Of a DNA stretch of 64,000 nucleotides, positions 10,940 through 21,118 are shown piece by piece. The DNA is from Armatimonadota bacterium (GTDB lineage: Bacteria > Armatimonadota > HRBIN16), in contig OY781964.1 of NCBI GenBank assembly GCA_963677485.1, positions 1,440,001 to 1,504,000 of the forward strand, read 5' to 3'. How positions within the stretch are numbered: the first letter of the stretch is position 1; the number at the start of each line of letters is the position of its first letter. Both the position numbers and the translations under genes were made by a program. The notes beneath the pieces are model-generated. The model worked only from the letters and a program-made list of their open reading frames with translations, was not told where the DNA came from and did no database searches.

Positions 10940-12535
10940 ATGATATATGCCCTTTCCGCTGCGGTGGGTATCATCGCGGCGTTACTGGTCGCGGCTGTGG
11001 TCTGGAAAACACGAATCACACCCGCGAACCTTAGTAATATTAAGCAGGCCGCCAGCCTGGAAGCACAAAATCTGCTGCTCACTCAAAAAGAAGCGGACCT
11101 GAACAAACAAGCCGCCGATTTGCACACAATAGCCAAGGATAACGCCGAAAAGCTGAAAAAAGAGGCCATCATGGAGGCGAAAGACGAAGCCTACCGCATG
11201 AGGGCCGAAGTGGAACGCGAAATCCGCGACAAACGCGCCGAGCAGCTCCGCCTGGAGCGTCGTCTGACCCATAAGGAAGAGACGCTGGACCACAGGCTGG
11301 AGCAGGTTGAGAAGAAGGAAACCACCCTCGCCGCTCAGCTTGCCGCTGCTGAGGCGTTGATCGTACAACACCAGCAGACCCTGGAAGCGCAGCAGCAAGA
11401 GCTTCAGCGTGTGAGTGGTCTGACCCCCGATGAAGCCAAACAGATATTCCTGAAGAGCGTGGAAGAAGAAGCCAGGCACGAAGCGGCACAGCTCTACCGC
11501 GACATCGAGGAACAGGCCAGGCAGGACGCCGATCGCCGGGCGAGTGAGATCGTGGTAGACGCCATCCAGCGCTGCGCCGTGGAGCAGGTCACAGAGACCA
11601 CCGTCAGTGTAGTTCCGCTGCCTACAGATGAGATGAAGGGCCGTATCATCGGCCGTGAGGGTCGCAACATCCGCGCCTTTGAGCTGGAGACCGGCGTCGA
11701 CTTGGTGATTGATGACACCCCCGAAGCGGTCGTTTTGAGCTGCTTCGACCCCATCCGCCGCGAAATCGCCCGTGTGGCTCTCACCAACCTGATCGCCGAC
11801 GGACGCATCCACCCAGCGCGCATCGAGGAAGCTGTGCAGAAAGCTGCCCAGGAAGTCGATCGTGCGATCTGGGAAGCGGGCGAAAGCGCCGTTCTGGACA
11901 CTGGTATCACAGGGTTATCACCCGACCTCGTGCGACTGATGGGCAAACTCAAATACCGCACCAGTTACGGCCAAAATATGCTGTCCCACAGCGTGGAAGT
12001 GGCCCACCTTTGCGGTGTGCTGGCCGCCGAACTGCGCGTGAATGTGCAATTGGCCAAACGGGCAGGACTGCTGCATGACATCGGCAAAGCGATGGACCAT
12101 GAAGAAGAGCAGCCGCATGCGATGCTGACCATCGAGATATTGAAGCGCCACGGCGAACCGGCCGATGTGGTCAACGCCGCTGGATCGCACCACCATGACA
12201 CCGAACCCAACTGCATTGAAGCCCACCTGGTGATCATCGCCGATGGCCTGAGTGCGGCGCGTCCAGGTGCCCGTCGCGAGATGCTGGAGACCTATGTGAA
12301 GCGGCTGGACAACCTGGAGAAGATCGCCAACAGCTTTGAGGGTGTCGAAAGCTCCTACGCAGTGCAGGCCGGCCGTGAGATGCGATTGATTGTGAAGCCT
12401 GACTTGGTAGACGATCTTGGCGCCCTTCGGATGGCGCGTGAAATTGCTCACCGCATTGAATCGGAGATGGAGTTCCCTGGACAGATAAAAGTGACCGTCA
12501 TCCGTGAAACCCGCGCGACGGAATACGCCAAGTGA
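10940..12535 (+). CDS. rny: Ribonuclease Y
   Basis: N-terminal TM, coiled coil, KH domain [15 protein letters not shown] domain LLHDIGK; exact start uncertain (10919-10940). Confidence 0.95.
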   Translation: MIYALSAAVGIIAALLVAAVVWKTRITPANLSNIKQAASLEAQNLLLTQKEADLNKQAADLHTIAKDNAEKLKKEAIMEAKDEAYRMRAEVEREIRDKRAEQLRLERRLTHKEETLDHRLEQVEKKETTLAAQLAAAEALIVQHQQTLEAQQQELQRVSGLTPDEAKQIFLKSVEEEARHEAAQLYRDIEEQARQDADRRASEIVVDAIQRCAVEQVTETTVSVVPLPTDEMKGRIIGREGRNIRAFELETGVDLVIDDTPEAVVLSCFDPIRREIARVALTNLIADGRIHPARIEEAVQKAAQEVDRAIWEAGESAVLDTGITGLSPDLVRLMGKLKYRTSYGQNMLSHSVEVAHLCGVLAAELRVNVQLAKRAGLLHDIGKAMDHEEEQPHAMLTIEILKRHGEPADVVNAAGSHHHDTEPNCIEAHLVIIADGLSAARPGARREMLETYVKRLDNLEKIANSFEGVESSYAVQAGREMRLIVKPDLVDDLGALRMAREIAHRIESEMEFPGQIKVTVIRETRATEYAK

Positions 12536-13356
12536 GCAACTTTAAAGCTGTTTTCCTTGGTGATGTGGTGGGGCGTCCCGGCCGTGAGGCGGTGGCAACC
12601 TGCATTCCGGCTATTCGCAAGCGCTATGACACCGGTCTGGTGATCGCCAATGGCGAAAACAGCCTTCACGGCATCGGCATCAGCTCCCAGAGCGCAGGGC
12701 AGCTTTTCGATGCTGGCGTGAGCATCATCACCACCGGCAACCACTGTTATAAAGAGCGTCGGATCGGCGAGTTTTTCGATGCAGAGACCAACGTGCTGCG
12801 CCCAGCCAACTACCCGGAAGGCTCACCGGGGCGCGGCCACAACCTCTACACTTATGGCGACCACACCTTTGGCGTGATCAACCTCAGCGGACGTGTGTTC
12901 CTGCAGGCACTGGATGACCCCTTCCGCTTGGCGAAAAAGCTGGTGGCGGAGATGCGTGAACGCACCCCACTCATTTTAGTGGACTTCCATGGAGAAGCCA
13001 CGAGTGAAAAGCAGGGGATCGGCTGGTATCTTGATGGGCTGGTCACCGCGGTGATGGGCACCCATACCCACGTGCAAACGGCTGATGCGCGCATTCTGGC
13101 GGGCGGCACGGGCCTGATCTGCGATGTGGGCATGTGCGGCCCGTTTGACAGTCTGCTGGGTATGAAGCCCGAGATCGGCATCGCACGGATGGTCACGCAG
13201 ATGCCGGTGAAGTTTGAAGTTGCCGAAGGCCCGACCTATGTGTGCGGTGTGTATATAGAGGCCGACCCTGCCACGGGCAAAACCACAGTGTTTGAGAGCT
13301 TCCAATGTGCCCCCAACAACGGCGGCGTGGATTTCCGCGTAGTCATTCGGGCCTAG
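12532..13356 (+). CDS. ymdB: YmdB-like metallophosphoesterase (TIGR00282)
   Basis: [32 protein letters not shown]; canonical position after rny. Confidence 0.92.
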   Translation: MSNFKAVFLGDVVGRPGREAVATCIPAIRKRYDTGLVIANGENSLHGIGISSQSAGQLFDAGVSIITTGNHCYKERRIGEFFDAETNVLRPANYPEGSPGRGHNLYTYGDHTFGVINLSGRVFLQALDDPFRLAKKLVAEMRERTPLILVDFHGEATSEKQGIGWYLDGLVTAVMGTHTHVQTADARILAGGTGLICDVGMCGPFDSLLGMKPEIGIARMVTQMPVKFEVAEGPTYVCGVYIEADPATGKTTVFESFQCAPNNGGVDFRVVIRA

Positions 13357-13453
13357 CCGCCGGCAGCAAGCTGACCCGTCGCCGCACGCCGTAGTCATAC
13401 TCGTCTTACTCATCCTACCCGTCTTATGCGTGGTGTAATATTCAAGGACCTCA

Positions 13454-15565
13454 CTACCCGGCGATGATGTATTTTAACTGACGGATGGGACTTCGATATC
13501 CACTCGCAGGGTCATATGTCAGCTTATTCCCATCCCAGGTTACCCGGATGTGGTTATACTGGCCGCTGAGGTATCTATTGCTATACCCGTCATCTTCGTA
13601 GTAATGGCCCGCGGCTTTACCCTCACTGTCGGGGAATACTACCACAGTCAATGCTTCAGAGACCTTTTCCGTCGTATGCTGCATCACGTCGCCAATCGGC
13701 AGAATAGTGCCCGCCTTGACAAATACGGGTATCCATTGGTCGGACGCAGTGAATGTATACCATTTCGAGCCCTCGTACGTACCGTGGGCCCAGCTGCCTG
13801 ACCAGTAGTTATACCACGTACCTTCAGGGAAGTAGACCTTACGTTCATTACCCTCAAGTAAAGGAGCCACCATCATGTCAGGACCTATCATATACTGGTC
13901 ATCGATTCCCCACGTCTGCTTGTCTTCCGAGTAATCCATCACCAGTGCCCGGAAGGTACTCAACCCGCGCCAGCGAGTCCACCAGAACGAATAGTAGAGA
14001 TATGGGATCAGCTTCATCCGTTCTTCGGCTAGCCCTCGAAACCTCTTCTCGCAGAGTTCATTCCGGTTCCATGGCAGTAGACTCGACTTCTCATCCCAGG
14101 CGTTGATCATCGCTAATGGGCTGAAGAACATGAGCTGGCAGCGCCGCAGGAACTCCTGATCGGTCGCGGCTTCGCGTAGTTCAGGACACCACAGGAAGCC
14201 ACTGAATCCGCTGGTCACCATCGCCCGCAGATAGCAGCGCAGGTCATAGTAGTCGCTATAAATGACTGAGGCCTCCCGATTCCCTCCGGCGAAGTTGGCC
14301 CGGCAGAGCAGGTAGCTGCGCAGCTTCTGGCGGTTGAATATATCATGCATCGCGCGGCTATACAGCATCCCGCTGAGGTTGTGCATCTGTGCACCAGTAC
14401 GGCCGTTTGGGAATTTCGTGTCATCGGGGTAATACCAGCCGCCGGTGAAGTCGCTGCCGTCGCACTCATCCAGCTTATAGCCGTCCACCCCCAGGCTGAT
14501 GTGTTCCGCCACATGGTGTTCGGCCAATATGTCGGTGGCGACGGCTTTGGTGAAGTCTGGCACACTGCCGCCCATGGCCTTCTTATCAGCAAAACACCTG
14601 GCCTTCTTCAGCGGCGCATACACCGGCGATTCGGGGTGAACCCACTGGTGTTCCCACAGGTTGATGTGGAAGCCGTTCTCCCGCATGCCCTTCACGAACT
14701 CAGCCGGGTCAGGGAAGTTTTCGGGGTTCCACACATAGCTGCAAGGATAGCTGTGGGACTGCCATCCCGGTTCAAGACCAATCACATCGCATGGGATTTG
14801 GTGCTCGCGAAACCCCTGCGCGGCCTCAGCTATCTGTTCTGCGTTCCATGTACTGGGCATACGGTACCAAAATCCCAATCCCCATTTCGGTGGCATGGCA
14901 GCGTAGCCCCGCAGTTCCACCAGCCTGTGGCAGATTTCGTTGAATGTAGGCCCCCAGATGATGTACATATCCATCCGGTCACCAGGGACGGTGCAGGTAT
15001 ACTCATCGGGTTTGGCAGCGCACATATCAAACTGGGTGTATCCGGTGTCATCGAAATAGAGGCCGTAACCCTTGGTGCTGTAGAAGAATGGGTCTGGGGC
15101 ATGCGTCATGCCGCCTGATGCCTCTTCGGCATTAGTTTTGATCGTCAGATGCTGCCCGCGCTGTTGTAACTCATGGAACTGCATACCGAACCCAAAGAAC
15201 TGTTCATCCTCCTCGCTGCTGTGCCGGCTGGTGATGCTGTTTTCATCCCAGTCGATGGTGAACTTACAGATAAGGCTTCGCCGCCGGTTTCGCCAAGTGA
15301 ACACGCAGGGCTCGCACTGCATCTCCAGCCGCACCAACTCATCATGAAACCCCGATCTGCCGAATCCTTTGTTGTATTTGACTTTGGCATAGTTGTGGCG
15401 TGGAAACACCACACGGCTGTGCAGCTTGTCCGACGGCCTTCTAGGGCCCGCCTGCACACGCATCACACCGGCTGCCACCGAGCTGAGGCGCACCCAGCCC
15501 TCTTTGTACCGAAACATGATCTCATGCCGTCCGTATCCGATATCAATCAGCTCTTTATGTTCCAT
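13454..15565 (-). CDS. Glycoside hydrolase family 31
   Basis: PFFYSTKGYG, MPPKWGLG, IPCDVI, GVDGYKLDECD, DQYMIG..MVAP. Confidence 0.85.
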   Translation of the reverse strand: MEHKELIDIGYGRHEIMFRYKEGWVRLSSVAAGVMRVQAGPRRPSDKLHSRVVFPRHNYAKVKYNKGFGRSGFHDELVRLEMQCEPCVFTWRNRRRSLICKFTIDWDENSITSRHSSEEDEQFFGFGMQFHELQQRGQHLTIKTNAEEASGGMTHAPDPFFYSTKGYGLYFDDTGYTQFDMCAAKPDEYTCTVPGDRMDMYIIWGPTFNEICHRLVELRGYAAMPPKWGLGFWYRMPSTWNAEQIAEAAQGFREHQIPCDVIGLEPGWQSHSYPCSYVWNPENFPDPAEFVKGMRENGFHINLWEHQWVHPESPVYAPLKKARCFADKKAMGGSVPDFTKAVATDILAEHHVAEHISLGVDGYKLDECDGSDFTGGWYYPDDTKFPNGRTGAQMHNLSGMLYSRAMHDIFNRQKLRSYLLCRANFAGGNREASVIYSDYYDLRCYLRAMVTSGFSGFLWCPELREAATDQEFLRRCQLMFFSPLAMINAWDEKSSLLPWNRNELCEKRFRGLAEERMKLIPYLYYSFWWTRWRGLSTFRALVMDYSEDKQTWGIDDQYMIGPDMMVAPLLEGNERKVYFPEGTWYNYWSGSWAHGTYEGSKWYTFTASDQWIPVFVKAGTILPIGDVMQHTTEKVSEALTVVVFPDSEGKAAGHYYEDDGYSNRYLSGQYNHIRVTWDGNKLTYDPASGYRSPIRQLKYIIAG

Positions 15566-15820
15566 TGTTCATTCCCTTGTATAACCGATTTATGGTTTTC
15601 TGCGGCCCCTGTGAGCTGCATAATTCGCCTTCAGAATGGATCCTGTGAAAGTATCAGCAAATCACCTTGGTTGCTCATCGTGGTCTTCGCTGCATATTTC
15701 CTAGGTATACGATATATGTAGTAATTTTACGCCCTGCACAGAAGGAGTATCCACACCCGCTGACTAACCTATACCAGCGGGCAGAGGCGATGCCCCAAAA
15801 TATGTGGAGTGTGAATCATC

Positions 15821-17122
15821 ATGGCGGAGATACGCGTCGACTTTTCCAAACCCATCGGGCAGATTAAACCTGTCAACGGGGTGAATAACGGGCCTGTGTG
15901 TTATGGATCGATCCTGAATGTGTCGGCTTCGTGGCGTGAGCTGGGTATCCCATTCGCGCGTTTGCACGACCCCAACTGGCCGCATCCCCGTGAGGTCGAT
16001 ATCCCGCAGATTTTCCCAGACTTTTCAAAGGACCCGCAAGATCCCGCCAGTTACGACTTCCGGCAGACCGACGACTACATCCAGTCGATCATCGATGCCG
16101 GCACGAATATCTTCTACCGGCTGGGTGTGAGTATCGAGCATACTAAGCGCAAAATCTACACCGCTCCACCCGCCGACTTCGGGAAGTGGGCGCAAATCTG
16201 TGTGGGCGTCATCCGGCACTACAACGATGGCTGGGCGGACGGCTTCCAGCACGGTATCAAATACTGGGAGATATGGAACGAACCCGATAATCCCGATGGC
16301 CACTGCATGTGGTCAGGCACCCCAGAGCAGTATTACCAGCTCTACGCCGCGGCCTCGCGTGCAATTAAGGCATACGACCCCAGTCTGATGGTGGGTGGTT
16401 TTGCGGCCACCAGCATCAACCCTGAGTTCACAAACGGATTTCTGGCCTTCTGCCGTGCCGAAGGACTGTCTCTGGATTTTTACTCATGGCATGTGTATGC
16501 GAATGAAATCGGTCAGGTGACCAAGCTTGCGTTGGAAGCCCAGGAACTGCTGAAGCAATACGGTTATGAGAACGCCGAAAGCTGGCTGAACGAATGGAAC
16601 TATGTGCCCGAAGGGCTGGGAGCGCTGTTTGATCCCAATAGTCCACGCACCGCCGTGCGCAAAGCGATCGAGGGGCTACGCAGTGCCGAGGCAGCATCTT
16701 TCGTGACATCGGTGCTGCTCAAGATGCAAGACCTGCCCATTGACCACTCCTGCTATTATGATGGTCAACCCGGGGCCTGGTATTGCGGTCTATGGGACAC
16801 CTACGGGGTGCCGATGAAGCCCTACTACGGCTTCAAGGCGTTCCGAACACTGGTAGATTGCGGCACCCGAGTCAGTGTAGAGCTGACGAGTGATTGCGAG
16901 GGCATCTATAGCTGTGCGGCGATCAGTGCGGATGGCCAGTCTGGGTGTTTGCTTGTCTGCAACCCTTCCGCGGAGGCCAGGGATTGCCAGATCACTATGG
17001 CGGGAGTGCCAAGCGGAGCCGTCGTGCAGAAATTGCTGGTGGACGACACACACGAGCTGGAGCCTGTGCAGGGTCTGGTTGGGCTGCCCGCCCATTCCAT
17101 ACAACTCCACCGCTGGGGGTAG
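15821..17122 (+). CDS. GH39-like glycoside hydrolase
   Basis: ARLHD, YWEIWNEPD, LDFYSWHVY, LNEWN. Confidence 0.8.
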   Translation: MAEIRVDFSKPIGQIKPVNGVNNGPVCYGSILNVSASWRELGIPFARLHDPNWPHPREVDIPQIFPDFSKDPQDPASYDFRQTDDYIQSIIDAGTNIFYRLGVSIEHTKRKIYTAPPADFGKWAQICVGVIRHYNDGWADGFQHGIKYWEIWNEPDNPDGHCMWSGTPEQYYQLYAAASRAIKAYDPSLMVGGFAATSINPEFTNGFLAFCRAEGLSLDFYSWHVYANEIGQVTKLALEAQELLKQYGYENAESWLNEWNYVPEGLGALFDPNSPRTAVRKAIEGLRSAEAASFVTSVLLKMQDLPIDHSCYYDGQPGAWYCGLWDTYGVPMKPYYGFKAFRTLVDCGTRVSVELTSDCEGIYSCAAISADGQSGCLLVCNPSAEARDCQITMAGVPSGAVVQKLLVDDTHELEPVQGLVGLPAHSIQLHRWG

Positions 17123-17241
17123 AGGCAACCATGCGGGGCTAACAGACCGTTAGCCCCAGCACAGGTGTCTTCCTTCCTGCTGGTTGATCTGGTATCTCTG
17201 GCGGCAACATGCGACGACTAACCGTGTAAAGATAGGCGACA

Positions 17242-17751
17242 ATGAACGACACTGACATCATCTGCCAACTTAATGAGCTGACAGAGAAGCTGGACCAACT
17301 GAAGTCTCAAATTCGAGTTGGTATGCGCTCTTGTCATTTAACCATAGGAAAAAAAGAGGAAGCTCGGATCAAGCTCGCACGTACCCCGTATGGACGCCGA
17401 TTCGTATCGCTGGAACTTCAAGCCTATGACAAGTTTTACTACATCGACATTACCAGTAGTTACATATCTATTAATAACTATCACGTGTCAAAAAATGAAT
17501 TTGGATATCCATCCAAGATCGAACTTGATGCTGGCCGCATCACTAGTTATGCCCATCGCTCGCCCATTTCGTGGTGTATCGGTGGGTCAGTGCATGGTGT
17601 CTACCTCATTGATAAATGGCTGCATATCATGCTGAAAAAGCCCAAATCTGAAATTGAGTTAGGGTTCAAGAAAAACGCATTTTGCATACTCAGAAATAAG
17701 GACCGTAAACCCCTCACAATGGGGAAGAAAGAGAGAGATAAACCATTTTGA
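17242..17751 (+). CDS. Hypothetical protein, N-terminal coiled coil
   Basis: 169-aa ORF, first of three coupled ORFs. Confidence 0.6.
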   Translation: MNDTDIICQLNELTEKLDQLKSQIRVGMRSCHLTIGKKEEARIKLARTPYGRRFVSLELQAYDKFYYIDITSSYISINNYHVSKNEFGYPSKIELDAGRITSYAHRSPISWCIGGSVHGVYLIDKWLHIMLKKPKSEIELGFKKNAFCILRNKDRKPLTMGKKERDKPF

Positions 17752-18248
17752 ATACAGCCGAGATTGAACAACGAATCGCTGCCCTGTCCGCAGAGATGAG
17801 TGCTTTAGGAGAACAGCTTCAAAAAGAAGTCGTAACAGAAGACTTTAAACTGGTCGATGACAACCAGTGCGTGCGTGCTCGCATGTATATCGATGATACA
17901 GACGCATCAAGATTTGAGATGTATGATGAGACCGGACTTGTCGGAGCACAGATATTGGTAGGCCCTGAGGGTCACAGCCATATCGCGTTGGGTGACGAAA
18001 GGGGCTCGAGACTAGATGTCAATATGGAGCGCGGTAACCCAGGCTCCATTCGAATGTGGGTTCCTGGCTATGATGAATATCTGTCAAGGGAAATCATCAT
18101 CGGAACTTCCGATGACATGATGGTGGGCATCAAAATGTCTCAAGGTGGAGTGCAAAAGATATTTGTTGGTATCGATCAAGATGGTATTGCTAAGATATCC
18201 TTGCGTCAAGAAGATGGAACAGTCAAGGAATATGGCCCAAAGGAGTGA
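17748..18248 (+). CDS. Hypothetical protein, N-terminal coiled coil plus beta-rich domain
   Basis: 166-aa ORF, TTGA overlap with upstream stop. Confidence 0.65.
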   Translation: MNTAEIEQRIAALSAEMSALGEQLQKEVVTEDFKLVDDNQCVRARMYIDDTDASRFEMYDETGLVGAQILVGPEGHSHIALGDERGSRLDVNMERGNPGSIRMWVPGYDEYLSREIIIGTSDDMMVGIKMSQGGVQKIFVGIDQDGIAKISLRQEDGTVKEYGPKE

Positions 18249-18784
18249 GCACTATAGAGCAATTGGATGAAAGGCTGCACGAGCTGGAACAACAGCTTGC
18301 ACGTCTAAAACAAACCCTCGCGTCTCAGATAAGCACTCGGCGGCTATGTGTTGGAAATCTACCTGTACCTGCTGATATGCCTGCACTCCTGAAGTGTCGC
18401 ATTGATCTGCGTGGGCCTGTAATCTCGGAACCGGTAGGCGGCATGAAGTTGATACCAGACTTTCTAGGTGCAAGTCTTAACATAAACCCAAAAACTATTA
18501 AGCATCAATTGATATTTCGGTATGATCCCGAACAACATGACCTTGTGATGTCGCTTTTCAATATGCTAACACGTGACAATGTCAGTTTATACCGACCATT
18601 GCTGCTGTGTTTGTATGAAAAAACCAAGGCGAAGCTGGCCATTGGTGTTAAGATGGAAGGAAACTGCGCCTTGTTAATACAAAGCGACAAGAAGCCAAAA
18701 TGCAGTATCCAGTTTATACTCACCGATGTACCTCAAGTTGTTGTGCTCTCAGGGCGAAAGCAGCACCGACTATTCAATAACTAA
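18245..18784 (+). CDS. Hypothetical protein, N-terminal coiled coil
   Basis: 179-aa ORF, GTGA overlap. Confidence 0.6.
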   Translation: MSTIEQLDERLHELEQQLARLKQTLASQISTRRLCVGNLPVPADMPALLKCRIDLRGPVISEPVGGMKLIPDFLGASLNINPKTIKHQLIFRYDPEQHDLVMSLFNMLTRDNVSLYRPLLLCLYEKTKAKLAIGVKMEGNCALLIQSDKKPKCSIQFILTDVPQVVVLSGRKQHRLFNN

Positions 18785-18852
18785 ATAGACCACCGCAGGA
18801 GCAAACACTCGCAACACAGACGGACCTTGTATATAAGTGCACAGTATTCCGG

Positions 18853-18935
18853 TCGTGGATGACCCTTGTGGTCATCCGAAAACCCAATGCACATGTCGCA
18901 ACCGGTGCGCGGATGACCACAAGGGTCATCCACGA
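18853..18935. repeat. REP doublet (inverted pair)
   Basis: TCGTGGATGACCCTTGTGGTCATCCG ... CGGATGACCACAAGGGTCATCCACGA perfect inverted 26-mers. Confidence 0.75.
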
Positions 18936-19095
18936 AAACAGTACTTATTATACGGGCTGACTTGAACTCAAGAGCGGTGCTGTCTACTATCACTACACAC
19001 TAGGTTTGGCAGAAGGAGTATAAAAACCCGAATAGTTCGGATACTATTAAGTCGGAAGGTACTATATAAGCAAAGTCCTGAATACAGAGGTTTTT

Positions 19096-19200
19096 ATGAT
19101 GTCAGACGAATCAGAAACCATCGAACACAAACTGTCACTAGCTGAACGTAAAGAGATCGTCGAATCTGTGGCTTCCCCTTTAGGCGCTGCACGGCCTTGA
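19096..19200 (+). pseudogene. N-terminal stub of an AlbA_2 (Schlafen-like) domain gene
   Basis: MMSDESETIEHKLSLAERKEIVESVA resembles the ESETxEFK...EIxETVAAFAN start of AlbA_2; RBS GAGG upstream. Confidence 0.55.
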
Positions 19201-19341
19201 CAACCTTTGCGACAACTGGTATATATCATTCAGAGTAGAGAAGACAGGAAGTTGCTCTCTTCCATTACAACCAAATGCTAACCAATAGACCTAGGAAAAC
19301 AGAAATTATACCATTTTCCAGACTTTACTGAGGTAAACAGT

Positions 19342-19764
19342 ATGGATCGATCTGAACATCACAATACGCGTGAACCAAACGCTACCGAGACACAACATAA
19401 TGAAGTACATTGTGTGAGATGCGAGGATAGCAGCAATAGTGATAAAATCGAAGTAAAGCGTGAATGCAAACCAGTGCGTTGTGTGATATCGATGGTTCTT
19501 CATTTTCTTAAAGCACCGATACAGTACGTATTTATAATACTTGGCGTAGCGTATGGTGCGAAATTAACAAAAATTAGTGATAATTTATTATCAATAATGG
19601 TTGTTCGATCATCAGGATCGGTTGATAAAGCGCTAGAAAATATGAATGGGCAACAAACCATGTGGGTTAGTATAGTGTTGTTAGTAACGATTAGTCTTAA
19701 CATATGGATCACACGTTCAAATCTATGTAAGGATTATACTATGATTGGTGCCGCAAGTCGCTAG
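19342..19764 (+). CDS. Hypothetical AT-rich membrane protein (possibly one frameshifted gene with 19745-20317)
   Basis: 140-aa ORF with two hydrophobic segments. Confidence 0.35.
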   Translation: MDRSEHHNTREPNATETQHNEVHCVRCEDSSNSDKIEVKRECKPVRCVISMVLHFLKAPIQYVFIILGVAYGAKLTKISDNLLSIMVVRSSGSVDKALENMNGQQTMWVSIVLLVTISLNIWITRSNLCKDYTMIGAASR

Positions 19765-20317
19765 TGTCATATTAATGGAAAGGATGCCTCTCATGATAAT
19801 CACCTCCATATTTGGTATAGCTATCGTATGTGTTGTAATTCAAACTATATATATAACTTTACGGTTCTTTCATATAAAGCTCATGAATTACTGGGTATTT
19901 GATGCTATCAAATACCGGAATCTCATGGAATATCCTTATCACGCATGCTTAAATGCAGTATTTGCAGATATCGGATTGTATGGTTCATCTACAACGTCTG
20001 CAATGAAGTATAGTGACCTAATATACCAGTCAATTCAAAATCACTTTGATTCATCTGCCATAGCCCAACTGCTAGATAATATGAATCCAGTCATGATAAG
20101 GATGTGTATGGCATGGATGATCGGGGCGCATCCTCTGAGGCTAATCACATATATCACGTTTGCGATAATCGATACATATAGGCAACTAACCATACAGCTA
20201 TGTCAGGAACTAAGGTTCGGATTAGTGAAAGCAACGTACCATTTATTTAGGAAACTATGCGCTATCAAAGTCATGAATGAGGCAAATGACTTCAGGGAGA
20301 TATCATTTTGCGTTTGA
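19745..20317 (+). CDS. Hypothetical AT-rich membrane protein
   Basis: 190-aa ORF with hydrophobic N-terminus. Confidence 0.35.
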   Translation: MVPQVASVILMERMPLMIITSIFGIAIVCVVIQTIYITLRFFHIKLMNYWVFDAIKYRNLMEYPYHACLNAVFADIGLYGSSTTSAMKYSDLIYQSIQNHFDSSAIAQLLDNMNPVMIRMCMAWMIGAHPLRLITYITFAIIDTYRQLTIQLCQELRFGLVKATYHLFRKLCAIKVMNEANDFREISFCV

Positions 20318-20356
20318 TTCGGTTGTCATTACGAATGAATTGCAAGGTTAGGCCAC

Positions 20357-20830
20357 ATTTATGATGATCGTCTGGAGGTGTGGAACCCTGGTATGCTTCC
20401 GACCGGTATGTCTGTAGAGGAATTGTACCGTGAACACCCTTCTCGCCCTCGCAACCCGCGGTTGGCTTCCGCCATGCACAGAGCACGGTTGATTGAGCAC
20501 TGGGGTACAGGAACTCTGCGCATAATCAATGCCTGTGAGTCACGCGGAATGCCTAAGCCGGAGTTCGTCTCCTCCATGGGGTCATTCATCGTGCGATTCA
20601 ACAGAGCATTAAACGAGCCCACATCTGAAACAAATAACGAGCCCAGCGGATGGCAGCAAATCGCACTGAACTATATTCGCGAGAATGGATCTATCACGAC
20701 GTCTGTATTTCAGAAGTTGTTAGGTGTGAGCAATCGGCAAGCATATAACTACCTTATATTGCTGGTGAATAACAAAATCATCGAGAGGGTAGGCTCTGGC
20801 CGTTCAACACATTACGTGACTAGTGCATGA
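20357..20830 (+). pseudogene. C-terminal fragment of an AlbA_2/HATPase_c_4 (RecG-C-like)-HTH protein
   Basis: IYDDRLEVWNPG...SRPRNP...LIEHWGTG...wHTH; homologous to the C-half of 61803-63173. Confidence 0.75.
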
Positions 20831-21036
20831 TTAATGCGGGATTAATGCGGGATTAATGCGGGATTAGTGCGGGATTAATGCGGGATTAGTGCGGGATTAG
20901 TGCGGGATTGGCGCGAATATGGCGGGATAATGGCGCGAATGGCGGGAAATGGCGGGAAATGGCGGGATATTGCGGGATTAGTGCACAAATAATGCACAAT
21001 TAGTGCGCGATTATTGCGCAATTATTGCGCGATTAG
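20829..21036. repeat. 11-bp tandem repeat GATTA(A/G)TGCGG, 7 near-perfect units then degenerate
   Basis: Directly visible. Confidence 0.85.
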
Positions 21037-21118
21037 CCTCTCCTTCAGCTCTCTATCGTCCGCAGGTTGAGGTGGTAAACACTGTGATCCGTCACTCGGA
21101 AAGAGGTACCTCCAGCCG

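Noticed and set aside
20340-20356. Integron attC core GTTAGGC at the insert junction
   Set aside because: No matching RYYYAAC inverse core at a suitable distance and no integron integrase in the window.
20829-21036. CRISPR mini-array
   Set aside because: Contiguous 11-bp units with no spacers.
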